DNA from: a virus
Lineage: Duplodnaviria > Caudoviricetes
Reading direction: 5' to 3' (one strand)
DNA length: 61,785 bases
IMG/VR virus record: IMGVR_UViG_3300027816_000110
Span: 1 to 61,785 of that record
Shown here: positions 10,055 to 21,060 of the stretch, piece after piece
Layout: each line of letters begins with the position of its first letter
Numbering within the stretch: the stretch's first letter is position 1
Notes under the pieces: model-generated
The model's database searches: none
The model's input: the letters and a program-made list of their open reading frames with translations, nothing else
Told to the model about the DNA's origin: nothing
Translations under genes and position numbers: made by a program

Positions 10055-13000
10055 ATGAACGATAAATTACAACAACTTTATAATCTATACAAGAGTAAAG
10101 GTTTAATTAATACTACAGATTTTAATACATTCGCTTCTGCAAACAGTCAGCAAATCCAACAACTATATAATCTTGGAAAGAAAAATGGCCTGTTTAATAC
10201 TACAGATCTTAATACATTTAGTTCTGCATTTAGTCCTCAACAAAAATGGAGACAAGTAACTGAGAAGGAAAGTGCAGGTAGATTGAATTACAGAAAAGAT
10301 GATTTCAGAACTTGGGATATAGTAGAAGAGACTCAGAAGGGAATGACCAAGGAGGAGAGAAAGAAAACTGGGTTTGATTATACGCCAGAACAAATAGCTG
10401 CTGGTAAAAAAGCTGTTGCTATGGAAGAGGCTCCAGTTATTGAATACTCTGACCTTAAACTGAGAAGAGGTAAGGATGGCGTTTTCTACAAGGTAGAAGG
10501 TAATAATTGGTACGAGGTGGCATTTCCTAGAGATATGTCAAAAAATATTATAAACGAAAGTGTAGTAAGTCTTGAGGGCTCTGATCTTTATAAAATAAAT
10601 GATCCTAAAAAAGTAGAGAGCTTAAACATTGAGTTTGGTGAAAAAGTAAAATTACCTAACGCTGGTTTTGATACCGATCAGAAGTTAATTAAAACTGGAA
10701 TAGATACAAAAATACCATCTGTTTTAGATAAAGCAGTCAAACCAGAGGATGATCTGTATGATGTTTTTGGAGGATGGGACGAGAATACTAGAGGGCTTAG
10801 ATTTAAAAAGAATGATAGAACAAATACTTGGATGCAAATCAAACCAGGTGTAGACTCTGTATGGTCTGTAGTTACAGAAGCCATGGCTAAAGAATTAAAC
10901 AAGCGTTATGGTGGTAGGTATGGTTCTGTTCCTAAACAAGCTGATAACTTAACTGATTACCAGATATTAAACAAGACATACGGACAAGAAGGAGGTTCTG
11001 GAGTCTTAAAAAGAGAACTACTTCCAGATGGAGAGCCTACTTTTGGACTTCCGAAATCAGTAGAGAATACAGGTTGGTTTCAAACACTTTACCCTCAGAC
11101 AATGATGGGTCAAGCTGTAAACGCTGAAGAAGCAAGAAGAAGAGGTGTAAAATCTTTTGAGGAAAATGTTCAAAGGTATGTGACAAATAACAATATAGCT
11201 AACCTTGAAGAAGAAGAGGCTGTAAAAATGCTTACAAATCAGTTCGGTAGATATGGTTTTGAGTTTATAGAATCTGGAGCTGGCGACGAGATGATCGTAA
11301 GAACAAAAGATGGCTTACGTGAAGTAGTAATAAATCTTGATACTGATAATACAGGAGAAAATATAAGACTTCAAGATTTCTTAATAACTAATATGGACCC
11401 ATCTGCTTACGAGCCAGGTAATCAAAAATACGCAGAACTTATAAATAGAGATAGACGTCTTATTTACTCCAACAATGGCAGTAATAGCCAGTCACTTTAT
11501 AAAGACCTACAAGAGTTATTTAATGACGAAGACTATAAAATATGGGCCCAAAATTTACCTTACGGTGAACTAGAACAAGAGGTAAACCAAAGGATAGGAG
11601 AATATAGAAGCTTGATGAACAAACCTGGGGTTAATAGCTCACAGGTATTTAAAGATATGAAGGCGTTTGAAAAATCTCCTATGTATCAACAATACCAAAA
11701 AAATAAGAAAGAGGCATTTGAGCTTGAAAGAATGAAAATTCAGTCACTGTATGATGAAGTTAGATTAGATCCAGGACAAAATTCAAGAGCTAGGCAAAAG
11801 GTTAGAATGTTCTTGTCTGATAAATATTTAGACAAAACAAGAACTGAGTACAACGCAATGTTAAATGACATTAATAAATCTGATAAGTTTTTAAAGACCA
11901 GATATGACGAATACAATGCTGAACTTCAGAAATTAAATACGTCAAATTTAACGCCAGAACAAATAAGAGTTAAGAAAGAACAACTTGACAAAATGGCGTT
12001 ACAGCTGGATCTAGATCAATCTAACTTAGTTAGAAGAAAAAGGGCTATTTCAACTGAAGTCAAACAGCTTGAGTATTTGACAGGTAAATATGTCGTTGAC
12101 GTGGCTAAGGAGGGTTCGTTTATTGGTGGCGTTATGAATAGTTTTTCAGACGGTATATCAAAAATGATAAAGACGGGAGATGTTGTTGGAAGGTTACAAG
12201 CAGAAACAAAGGGTTCTCAGATTGCAGACAACATGACAGAGGAGGAAAAGAGATACTATAAAACAAAAGGATATTCATTAGAGGAAATAAAAATAGCAGA
12301 GGCTAATAAAGCTTGGAAAGAATCAAAAGAAGATCTTTCGAACAGAATGAAGTCCGCTATTGGTGATCTAGCCACAACTAAACAGTACCAACAGTCTGAA
12401 GATAGAGGTATTGTTAGTAAAGCATTGTTTGGTCTTGCAGAATCTCTTCCAGCAATGGCTACATCAGTTATTAATCCATACGTTGGTTTTGGATCATTGT
12501 CAGCTCAAGCATATTCATCTTTAGAGGATGAGATGTTAAATGATCCAGATTTTGAAACAACGTCACTTACAGAGATGAACTTAATAGCATTACCATATGC
12601 TATGGGTATGGGAATATTGGAAAAGATTGGTCTTAGTGCAGCTATGTCTAAAAACCCTCTTGCTAAGTCTCTTATAATGAAGTCTATACAAGGAGCTGTT
12701 AAAAAGACAGCAGGTAAAGGATCGGCAGAACTTTTACAAAATGTACTAGACAAAGAGATCAAGTCGAATATGGCTAAGTTTGGTTTAAGAATAGTCGGTG
12801 GTGCACTAACCGAGGCTGAAACTGGAGCTACTCAGTCGTTGGTTCTTGATATTGGATATAAGAGTTTGATCAACGAAATAAAAAAAGACGATAGACTAGC
12901 AAGCGAACTAACTGGAGGTGAGTTTTTTGATACCCCAGATAGCTTTATGGATGGTCTAAAGATGGTTATAGAGGATGGTATAGCTGAAGGTATTGGCGGT

Positions 13001-16000
13001 ATGGTTATGAGTGGTGGTGGAGCTTTATCTCAAAAGGTTATAAATGGGAACATCTCACTTTATGATAATGAGGACGTTGACTTTTTGAAAACTGTTTCAA
13101 CTGACAACGAGCTAAGAAAGATGATTGTGATAAAACTTAAGAGCGATATGTTATCTGGAAAGCTAACAAAGGCAGAGGCACAAAATCAATTGAACGCTCT
13201 TGATAAGGTTGGTGCTATATTTAATGCTATGCCTGACAACCTAAGTGTTGAGGACCAAGTTAAGTCTGTAAACCTTATGGCTGAAAAGCAAAGACTAGAA
13301 AAAGAAATTGACGGCAAGGACCAATCTCTTGTTGCCGCTCAAAAGGAAAGAATAACAGAGATTGATAACGAACTACAAAAAATTAGTAAAGATGCCTTTC
13401 AAAAGCAAACAACAGGTGAAGTTCCTGTACAGCCAGAAGCCAGAGTTGGCGAAGAAGTGGAGGGAAGAGTACCCGAAACAAAACTTGAAGAAGTTACCAA
13501 AGAAGGTAAAGAAGTAACAATAGATAAACCTATCATTGCTACAAACACAACTGCCGAACTTGATAGAGTTAAGTCTGTTGATATGGAGACTGAGGATGGT
13601 GCTACATTTAACATAGATGGAACTAAGTACGAGGGAGGCGGTTTGGTTGTTCCTATTGTTAGCGAAAATACTACTGTTGAAGAGATTACCCCAGAGATGA
13701 TATCCGACTTTGTTGAAAAACATTCAAGCAAAATTGGAGATCAAAATACAGTTAAGGTTGGTATATATAAATTCCCTAACAGTAACAAGGTATCGATAGA
13801 CCTAAATATCGTTGCTCCAGAGTCATCAAGACAGCAAGCCATTGAGTTTGCAAAAGCTGCTGATCAAGAGTCTCTGTTTGATTTATCTACATTTGAGAAT
13901 GTAAAGACTGGCGGTACTGGAGTTAATCCTACACAATTTACTGACGAACAATTTAAAGAGATAGCTAAAGCTCTTAACGAAGGAAGAACTCCTAGTTTTT
14001 CAACACCTACACAACAAAACATAGTAACACTTGAGAATGTAGAAGAGGTTGCAGACAAAAGAACGGCTACAGCTACTAAGTTGGTATTGAACGCTCTTCC
14101 TGACGTTAAGATATATATTCACAATACAAACGAAGAGTACTCTGCTGCAATAGGTGAAGAGGCTGAAACTGGAGACAGAGGAGCGTACGATACACAAGAA
14201 GGAGCTATACATATTAATTTAGCAGCTGGAGGTAACGCTCAAACTGTATTCCATGAGGCTATCCATCATGCCTTACTAAAGAAAGGTATGGATAGCGGAG
14301 CTATACTTGATTTAGCTAATGGTCTTAATAGAATAATTACTGACAAGAAGTTAAAGAAAAGGTTAAGTGATTTCATATCTCAATATGAAACATCTGACCA
14401 AGCTGAAGAGTATTTGTCAGAACTAGGGGCCATAATGGCTGAAGCTGAGATCGAACTAACTACAACAAAGTTCAATCAGTTTAAAGCGCTTATCGCTAGA
14501 ATATTCCAAAAGTTAGGACTACCTAAATCTATGGTTCCTTTCTTGAATGCTATGAATTCAGAGAACGCTGTTGACTTTATTAATAGTTTGACTAAATCTT
14601 TGAGGACTGGTGAGGAAGTTGAGGTATCTCAACGAGAAAAAAAATCTGAAGGTATTAAAAAACAAGCTGTAACCATAATGGAAGGCAAGGAGTCCATGGA
14701 AGAGTTTGGATTACCTAAAGGTAAGAATATAACTAGAAAAATTGGAGAAGCTCTTGAAGCTAGACAAAGATCTAAATATGGAACTATAGATCAAAAAGAT
14801 AATTCAACAAATGCTAGAAAGAAAATATCAAACTGGATGGTTGATGAAGTTAAATACTTTATTAAACTTATGGGTGATAAAAGTGGAAAAGGATGGTATG
14901 GTGAATTATATCAAAAGTCTTTAGACGCAATGTCTAAGGTTTTTCCAGAAATGAAAAATGATCAAAACGCAAGAGATTTGTTTACAATGCTTGTAGCTAT
15001 TACATCTGATGGTCAGAAAGTTATGAGTAATTTTAAATTAGCTGCTGCCGCATATGATTATTATAAAAAGAATGGTAAGATGCCATCTACTCTTCCTGGG
15101 CAACGTGTTGCTTCTTTTGAATCTAATTTAAATAGAATAAATAAATTACTTACAGATTATAATGGAGATATAGCTGCTATTAAAAAAGATTTAATGGAGG
15201 TTAAATCTATTGAAGAGATAAATAAAGAAAGAAGAAAACAAGGTCTTGAGCCATTATCTACAAATTGGCCAGTAAGTTTTAAAGCTCCATTTGCCGCATC
15301 AGTATTTGGCCCTAAATTAGGAATGTTTTATTCTAATTTATCTGGAAATGAAGCATATCCTACACTTGATAGATGGTGGTCTAGAACATTTAATAGATAT
15401 AGAGGAACATTAATTCCAGGATTAAAAAGCGGATTCAGTAAAAAGGGAGAAGCTATAGGTCTTGATAGATTTAAACAATTATTAGGTAATGCAGGTATGA
15501 GTAATGAGGAAGCATTACTTGCATCTAAATCTTATAGAGATTCGTATGCGGCTAAAGGATATAAAAACGGAAGCGATATTGAAAAAGCAGCTAATACTAT
15601 ATATAAGATAGCATTTGAAAATTTAAATGATGCTCCATTTACAAAAAATGATAGACAATTTATGTATGATACAGTTTCTGATGCTGTAGAAATATTAAAC
15701 AAACAAGGTTATAATTTGAGCATAGCTGATGTTCAAGCTATACTTTGGTACTTCGAAAAAAACCTTTACAAAACACTTGGGGTTCAAGCAAAAATAGAAG
15801 GAATAAGTTATGAAGATGCAGCAAATTATACATATAACAAATGGAAAGAATCGGGTAAAAAGTTTGATTATAAAATTAATGAATCAGAAGAAGGTCAATC
15901 AGTAGAAGATGCTGATGAAGATATAGAAGCAGAAGGAAAACAAATAAAGAAACAAAAGTCAACTATAAAAATATACGGAGAAGACTTTACTGAAACTTTT

Positions 16001-19000
16001 GAAAAATCTGGAATTCCTTTTGCATATCTTTCTGATATTAAAAATAAAACCATTCCAGACTGGATGGGTGGAGAAAATAAAAAGATAACTGAATTAAGAA
16101 AAAGCATTTTAGATTCAATAGATAGATCTTTAGAATATTGGAAAAATGATTTATCAAAACAATCAAAAAAAATATATGATTCGGATAGCAATTTAGAATT
16201 AAGGAAGTCATTGATAAACAAAAAATCTGATAGAATACTATCACTTGAAAAACTTAAATCTAATGTTGAGAATAATTTACTTTCTCTATCAGACATTGAA
16301 ATAAATTATGTTGATGAGGGAACTAAATTCAAAAAACACAAAGGTGAAAAAATAACTGCACCAGTAGCTGGAAACAAGCTGTTCAATGAGCCTTTAAAGG
16401 ATGCTGAAAATATAGCTAGATCTTACATGCAATCTATCGGTATGGAATATATACCAGTAGAAAAGATAACAAAACTAGATGAAGGTCTTTCAAAAAGAAT
16501 ATCTGACGCTTACGATCAGATGGAAAATAATCCAAACGATCCGAAGGTAAAGGCTGCTTATGAGGCTATGGCTAAGGAAACATTAGATCAGTATGACGCT
16601 ATAGTTAAAGAAGGCTACAATGTTGAGATAAATAATAACGAGCCTTACTCAAACTCTGAAGCTATGATAAAAGACCTTAAGGATAATAAGAGGATGAAAA
16701 TATTCTCTACAGAATCTGGTTTTGGAGATGAGCCTATAACTGAAGAGCAGAGATCTGAAAATTTATTATTAAAAGACTCTGGAAGAAAGGATGTAAATGG
16801 TGAGACTTTGTTGATCAATGACGTGTTTAGATTTGTGCATGACTTCTTTGGTCACGCCAAACTAGGCAACAGTTTTGGTCCAGTAGGAGAAGAGAATGCT
16901 TGGAGAGTTCACTCTGAGATGTATTCTCCAGAAGCTAGAAAGGCTATGACATCTGAGACAAGAGGTCAAAATAGCTGGGTTAATTTTAGTGGTGTAAATG
17001 ACGCTGCATTCAAGAAGAGAGATAAGGCTAGAGAACTTCGTAAAGAAGGTAAGATAGAAGAGGCTGATAGATTGGTAGGCGAGGTATATGAGGAGATGAA
17101 ATTTGCCGATCAAAAGGTTGGCATATTGCCAGATTTTGCTATTGAAGAGGGGACTAGGTTTAAGAAACAAAAACCAACATCCAAACAAGATGCCATCCAA
17201 AAAGCCAAGGATAAGTACGAACTGTCTGTAGAAAAGAGAGGTAACTCTCACGAACAAGGAGTTACTGCCGCTCTTGGTGACTTACAAAAGTCTGATTGGT
17301 ATGTAAACGCTGACGATACAGCAAGAGAAGATGCAGTTAGAGAGATCAAGGCTTTCTTCGGTGAGAAGATTAAGAAGGCTCCGTCTGTTGCTAAGATTTT
17401 AGGTAAACCAAAACCAGAGACGCAAACAAAAACCGTTGATGCCTTACGAAAAGAATTCTTTACTGCTTGGAACAAAGCGTCAAGAGAAGCAAAGGCCGAT
17501 CTAAATTCCAAAAGAAAAGCCATTGGAGCAATAATCAAGTCAATGGTTCGGTCTGGCAAAATAACAACCAAACAGTCTGCTGTTATTACAGATAGAGCTA
17601 GCAGTATAAATCTTGACAACCCAGTAATTGTACAAAGATTTTTAGACTACGTTGCTAAGGTTTTTGCTGATGCTAACTATCAAGAAAAATTAAGCAATGC
17701 ATTCTCTGCAAGAAGAGCGATAAGAAGACTTACTAAGTCAAACAACCAGGCCGAGGTTATCGGTATGGCTAAGGCGTTCTTGAATATCGATCCATCGATG
17801 GTTGAAGACATCGATACATATAACGAGATAGCTGACTCAATTAAAAATGCTATGGCTCCATCTGTTGTAAGGGGAGAGCAAGTAAAATTCAAGCAGCCAG
17901 CAAATATAGCTGACGTGAATGAATACACTATGGATGAGATATCTAGACAAGAAGAAATCAAAAAGGACCAACTATTAGCCGAGTATGACTATCTTAAGGA
18001 TGCTGGATTGATATCTAAAGACATGACTCTAAATGAGATAAGAAAGATCATAGAGGATATGAAGTCTACAGATACTGATATCAACGATGACGTTAAAGAC
18101 TTTGTTGAGAGAAGACTAGACATGATGCTTGGTATTGTAGAGTCTATTATTAGAACTGGAGTCAATCCAATCACTGGAGAGTCTATAGAAATATCTGATA
18201 AAAACAAAGATATCCTAAAAGCTATAATGAAGATGGATCTAAAAGAACTTGATACAAGAAGCTTGATCTATCTATCTGAATCTGTAGATAACTTCCTAAA
18301 TAACGGAATAACAAGCGGTCTTGAGGCTAATGTACAGTCATATGTTGGAGCTATGAAAGTTAAGGCTCTTGTAAATGCTGGCGTTAAATCTGTTGGTATA
18401 AAAACAAAAGCTTCTAAGATAGCATCTACTGAAATACTTAGCATACCTTTATTATTTGAAAAATTATTTAGAGGTACTACCATTGGTACTAGAATAATGA
18501 GTGATATGGGATTGTTGGATATGGTTAACGGCAAAAATAAAGCTGAACTTATATACAACAAAATACTTGAATCGTACACAAAGCAAGATTTCTACGGAAA
18601 GGACTTTATGACTCAACAGAACATCATAGAAAGAGGTATGCTTGCATATCTTATGAGAAATGTTAATGGTGATAACGCTCAAGTTAAAGCAGAACTAAAT
18701 AGGAGAATTGACGCTATATCTGAGAGTATTGAACAACTAAAAGAAGGAAATAGCGATGAGCAGAAACTAGCTGAAATGTATGAGAATGCATTCTCTAAGT
18801 TAAAAGTAAATTCTAGAGACATTGATATCATAAGAGCTAACTCATCTAAGTCAAACAGAGAAGCTGTTGACTGGTGGGTAGATCAATGGAAACAACACTA
18901 TACAGATTTATATGATGTCAGTTTGTCTGTTTACAACACTATGTTAAGTAGTGATATAAACTATACTCCAGATAAAATGAAGCTTATGGCTTCTAAGGCA

Positions 19001-21055
19001 CAAGATGACGACATAACTAGCTCAGATAGCGGATTTGTATCATCTCTTGGGTACACAGATACAAAAAAAGCTGGTGTGTTGATGGAAAATGTTAGAAAGA
19101 AACCAAAGAATAGATACGTTGATCTAAACTTTGATATGAATAACGCTAACTCATTAAGAAATGCACTTGTTGACATAAATACAGCTGCCGCTATTAGACA
19201 AGTAAAAGGCTTCATGGACTCTAATAACTTTGATAAATTAGCTGGAGATGAGTCTTCATTGATAAAGTCAAGAGTGAACTCTTACGTGAAAAGAATGAAG
19301 GGTAAGAGGATGATACCTAGAAGTAGCGCTGATGACATTATGAAGTATTTTAATGCAATAGCTAAGGCTGGTACTATTAGAGCTTTAGGTGGAATTGGTT
19401 CTGCAATTAAGCAGTTCTCTCCTGTAATAAATACATTGCTAAATGCAGGTAGATTTACAAGTTTAACTCCTAACAGTAATGCTTGGATCGACAGACTTGG
19501 CATGCCTATATCTAACCGTGGTATAAAATCAGAAGCTAATATTGATACTATAGACAAGAGAGTTAATGTTTTGGCTGATTCAGCTGTTGGTAAAGTTTAT
19601 GATGGTGTAGGTAAGATAGGTGACATGTGGTTGAAGGCATTAATACAATCGCCAGATGCTTATGTAGCTAAATCTTCATTTATTACTTACTACTTAAAGA
19701 GTTTAAGAGATCAAGGTCTTAGCACTAATATAGATTGGAACAACCACGAGGTAAATAAAAAGGCAGCTGAATATGCTCAAATGCAAGTTGATAGACAACA
19801 GAACGTATCTGATCCTTTACTAACTGGAGAACTATTTGCAACTGAAGATGCTACTAAAAAAATGATCACAAAACTTTTCATGCCATTTACATCATTTGTT
19901 TGGAACCAGAGAGCTAGGATGATAAATGATATGCAAATATTAGGATCTAAAGTATCATCAAAGGAAGATAAGATAATAGCTATGAGATCACTAGCTGCCC
20001 TTCCAGCAGAGATTGTAGTATTTAACTTATTAGGTGCAGCAATAAGAAAAACAATAGACGCTATAACAAATTACTTCTACGGAGAAGATGATGATGAAGA
20101 GGAAGAAGTATTGTTCTATGTGTTTGGAATGAAAGTCACTGAAGATGATGTTAAGGAATTTAAGATGCCTATCAAAAACTTATTGGTGGATTTATTCTCA
20201 CCTCTTCCTGGCCTAACAGATGAATTCTTAATTACTGGATTTAATAATCTATTTGAAATGTACCCACTAGTTGGTGATGATGAGATAGCAGAGTTGGTTA
20301 AGGCTGAAAATGATATAAGAATAGCAAACGGTGATAAACCTATGACTGAAAAACAAGAGGCAGATTTTATTGAAGAGGAGAAGAAAAAAAGAACATTCCA
20401 ACTGTATGAAAATATGGAAGCTACTGGATGGGAAAGATATATACCTGGTGCCCCAGGAGTTGCATTGAAAACATATAGCGAATTAAAAGATGCTATAGAC
20501 TTAGCAATGACTGGAAAGTATGAAGATGAGTATCAAGGAAGAAAAACAATTAAGTATATATCTGATGAAGATAGAGAGAAAGTTGCTTATGGATTATTCT
20601 TCCAGATACCACAAGCTTTAGGTTTGTTACCGAGAGAGGCTGGTCAGATTCCAAATAAAGGTATACGTAATATTAAAAAGAGATCATATACAGAAAATCA
20701 AAAAACAAAAATAGACGAGGTTGAAAAATTAACAAATCGTCCTGTTGGTAAAATTGAAAAAGTATTGATCGGCAAGAACTCAGATCCAAGGAAGATAGCT
20801 ATGGAAATGAAAATGATAGATAAGCTTGGAGGATTTGATGAAAAACAGGAGGCTGAATACGCAAAACTTAGAAGAACAATTAGTAAACCTAGTATGAAAT
20901 TCGCTCAAATGATTAAGGGAGGAATGACGGCAGAGGATATAATAAGAAGAATTGCCGAGAATAAAGGAATAGTAAAAGGTAGAACTGGAACTACAAGACA
21001 AGGAACAGTTAGAAAGGGAACTGTTAGAGAAGGGAAAATAAGAGAGGGGCAATAG
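10055..21055 (+). CDS. Giant polyvalent virion (ejection) protein with zincin metallopeptidase (HEAIH) and several enzymatic-looking cassettes
   Basis: 3666-aa ORF; RGAY..IHINL..TVFHEAIHH motif at 14252; further conserved-looking domains at ~13590-13925, ~14700-15880 and ~16350-17140. Confidence 0.75.
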   Translation: MNDKLQQLYNLYKSKGLINTTDFNTFASANSQQIQQLYNLGKKNGLFNTTDLNTFSSAFSPQQKWRQVTEKESAGRLNYRKDDFRTWDIVEETQKGMTKEERKKTGFDYTPEQIAAGKKAVAMEEAPVIEYSDLKLRRGKDGVFYKVEGNNWYEVAFPRDMSKNIINESVVSLEGSDLYKINDPKKVESLNIEFGEKVKLPNAGFDTDQKLIKTGIDTKIPSVLDKAVKPEDDLYDVFGGWDENTRGLRFKKNDRTNTWMQIKPGVDSVWSVVTEAMAKELNKRYGGRYGSVPKQADNLTDYQILNKTYGQEGGSGVLKRELLPDGEPTFGLPKSVENTGWFQTLYPQTMMGQAVNAEEARRRGVKSFEENVQRYVTNNNIANLEEEEAVKMLTNQFGRYGFEFIESGAGDEMIVRTKDGLREVVINLDTDNTGENIRLQDFLITNMDPSAYEPGNQKYAELINRDRRLIYSNNGSNSQSLYKDLQELFNDEDYKIWAQNLPYGELEQEVNQRIGEYRSLMNKPGVNSSQVFKDMKAFEKSPMYQQYQKNKKEAFELERMKIQSLYDEVRLDPGQNSRARQKVRMFLSDKYLDKTRTEYNAMLNDINKSDKFLKTRYDEYNAELQKLNTSNLTPEQIRVKKEQLDKMALQLDLDQSNLVRRKRAISTEVKQLEYLTGKYVVDVAKEGSFIGGVMNSFSDGISKMIKTGDVVGRLQAETKGSQIADNMTEEEKRYYKTKGYSLEEIKIAEANKAWKESKEDLSNRMKSAIGDLATTKQYQQSEDRGIVSKALFGLAESLPAMATSVINPYVGFGSLSAQAYSSLEDEMLNDPDFETTSLTEMNLIALPYAMGMGILEKIGLSAAMSKNPLAKSLIMKSIQGAVKKTAGKGSAELLQNVLDKEIKSNMAKFGLRIVGGALTEAETGATQSLVLDIGYKSLINEIKKDDRLASELTGGEFFDTPDSFMDGLKMVIEDGIAEGIGGMVMSGGGALSQKVINGNISLYDNEDVDFLKTVSTDNELRKMIVIKLKSDMLSGKLTKAEAQNQLNALDKVGAIFNAMPDNLSVEDQVKSVNLMAEKQRLEKEIDGKDQSLVAAQKERITEIDNELQKISKDAFQKQTTGEVPVQPEARVGEEVEGRVPETKLEEVTKEGKEVTIDKPIIATNTTAELDRVKSVDMETEDGATFNIDGTKYEGGGLVVPIVSENTTVEEITPEMISDFVEKHSSKIGDQNTVKVGIYKFPNSNKVSIDLNIVAPESSRQQAIEFAKAADQESLFDLSTFENVKTGGTGVNPTQFTDEQFKEIAKALNEGRTPSFSTPTQQNIVTLENVEEVADKRTATATKLVLNALPDVKIYIHNTNEEYSAAIGEEAETGDRGAYDTQEGAIHINLAAGGNAQTVFHEAIHHALLKKGMDSGAILDLANGLNRIITDKKLKKRLSDFISQYETSDQAEEYLSELGAIMAEAEIELTTTKFNQFKALIARIFQKLGLPKSMVPFLNAMNSENAVDFINSLTKSLRTGEEVEVSQREKKSEGIKKQAVTIMEGKESMEEFGLPKGKNITRKIGEALEARQRSKYGTIDQKDNSTNARKKISNWMVDEVKYFIKLMGDKSGKGWYGELYQKSLDAMSKVFPEMKNDQNARDLFTMLVAITSDGQKVMSNFKLAAAAYDYYKKNGKMPSTLPGQRVASFESNLNRINKLLTDYNGDIAAIKKDLMEVKSIEEINKERRKQGLEPLSTNWPVSFKAPFAASVFGPKLGMFYSNLSGNEAYPTLDRWWSRTFNRYRGTLIPGLKSGFSKKGEAIGLDRFKQLLGNAGMSNEEALLASKSYRDSYAAKGYKNGSDIEKAANTIYKIAFENLNDAPFTKNDRQFMYDTVSDAVEILNKQGYNLSIADVQAILWYFEKNLYKTLGVQAKIEGISYEDAANYTYNKWKESGKKFDYKINESEEGQSVEDADEDIEAEGKQIKKQKSTIKIYGEDFTETFEKSGIPFAYLSDIKNKTIPDWMGGENKKITELRKSILDSIDRSLEYWKNDLSKQSKKIYDSDSNLELRKSLINKKSDRILSLEKLKSNVENNLLSLSDIEINYVDEGTKFKKHKGEKITAPVAGNKLFNEPLKDAENIARSYMQSIGMEYIPVEKITKLDEGLSKRISDAYDQMENNPNDPKVKAAYEAMAKETLDQYDAIVKEGYNVEINNNEPYSNSEAMIKDLKDNKRMKIFSTESGFGDEPITEEQRSENLLLKDSGRKDVNGETLLINDVFRFVHDFFGHAKLGNSFGPVGEENAWRVHSEMYSPEARKAMTSETRGQNSWVNFSGVNDAAFKKRDKARELRKEGKIEEADRLVGEVYEEMKFADQKVGILPDFAIEEGTRFKKQKPTSKQDAIQKAKDKYELSVEKRGNSHEQGVTAALGDLQKSDWYVNADDTAREDAVREIKAFFGEKIKKAPSVAKILGKPKPETQTKTVDALRKEFFTAWNKASREAKADLNSKRKAIGAIIKSMVRSGKITTKQSAVITDRASSINLDNPVIVQRFLDYVAKVFADANYQEKLSNAFSARRAIRRLTKSNNQAEVIGMAKAFLNIDPSMVEDIDTYNEIADSIKNAMAPSVVRGEQVKFKQPANIADVNEYTMDEISRQEEIKKDQLLAEYDYLKDAGLISKDMTLNEIRKIIEDMKSTDTDINDDVKDFVERRLDMMLGIVESIIRTGVNPITGESIEISDKNKDILKAIMKMDLKELDTRSLIYLSESVDNFLNNGITSGLEANVQSYVGAMKVKALVNAGVKSVGIKTKASKIASTEILSIPLLFEKLFRGTTIGTRIMSDMGLLDMVNGKNKAELIYNKILESYTKQDFYGKDFMTQQNIIERGMLAYLMRNVNGDNAQVKAELNRRIDAISESIEQLKEGNSDEQKLAEMYENAFSKLKVNSRDIDIIRANSSKSNREAVDWWVDQWKQHYTDLYDVSLSVYNTMLSSDINYTPDKMKLMASKAQDDDITSSDSGFVSSLGYTDTKKAGVLMENVRKKPKNRYVDLNFDMNNANSLRNALVDINTAAAIRQVKGFMDSNNFDKLAGDESSLIKSRVNSYVKRMKGKRMIPRSSADDIMKYFNAIAKAGTIRALGGIGSAIKQFSPVINTLLNAGRFTSLTPNSNAWIDRLGMPISNRGIKSEANIDTIDKRVNVLADSAVGKVYDGVGKIGDMWLKALIQSPDAYVAKSSFITYYLKSLRDQGLSTNIDWNNHEVNKKAAEYAQMQVDRQQNVSDPLLTGELFATEDATKKMITKLFMPFTSFVWNQRARMINDMQILGSKVSSKEDKIIAMRSLAALPAEIVVFNLLGAAIRKTIDAITNYFYGEDDDEEEEVLFYVFGMKVTEDDVKEFKMPIKNLLVDLFSPLPGLTDEFLITGFNNLFEMYPLVGDDEIAELVKAENDIRIANGDKPMTEKQEADFIEEEKKKRTFQLYENMEATGWERYIPGAPGVALKTYSELKDAIDLAMTGKYEDEYQGRKTIKYISDEDREKVAYGLFFQIPQALGLLPREAGQIPNKGIRNIKKRSYTENQKTKIDEVEKLTNRPVGKIEKVLIGKNSDPRKIAMEMKMIDKLGGFDEKQEAEYAKLRRTISKPSMKFAQMIKGGMTAEDIIRRIAENKGIVKGRTGTTRQGTVRKGTVREGKIREGQ

Positions 21056-21060
21056 CCCCT
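21045..21060. terminator. Hairpin between convergent transcription units
   Basis: AGGGGC-AATA-GCCCCT at the point where + and - strand gene blocks meet; T tails are weak. Confidence 0.5.

Noticed and set aside
10055-21055. Virion RNA polymerase as in crAss-like phages
   Set aside because: No convincing catalytic DxDxD context seen by eye; needs structural confirmation
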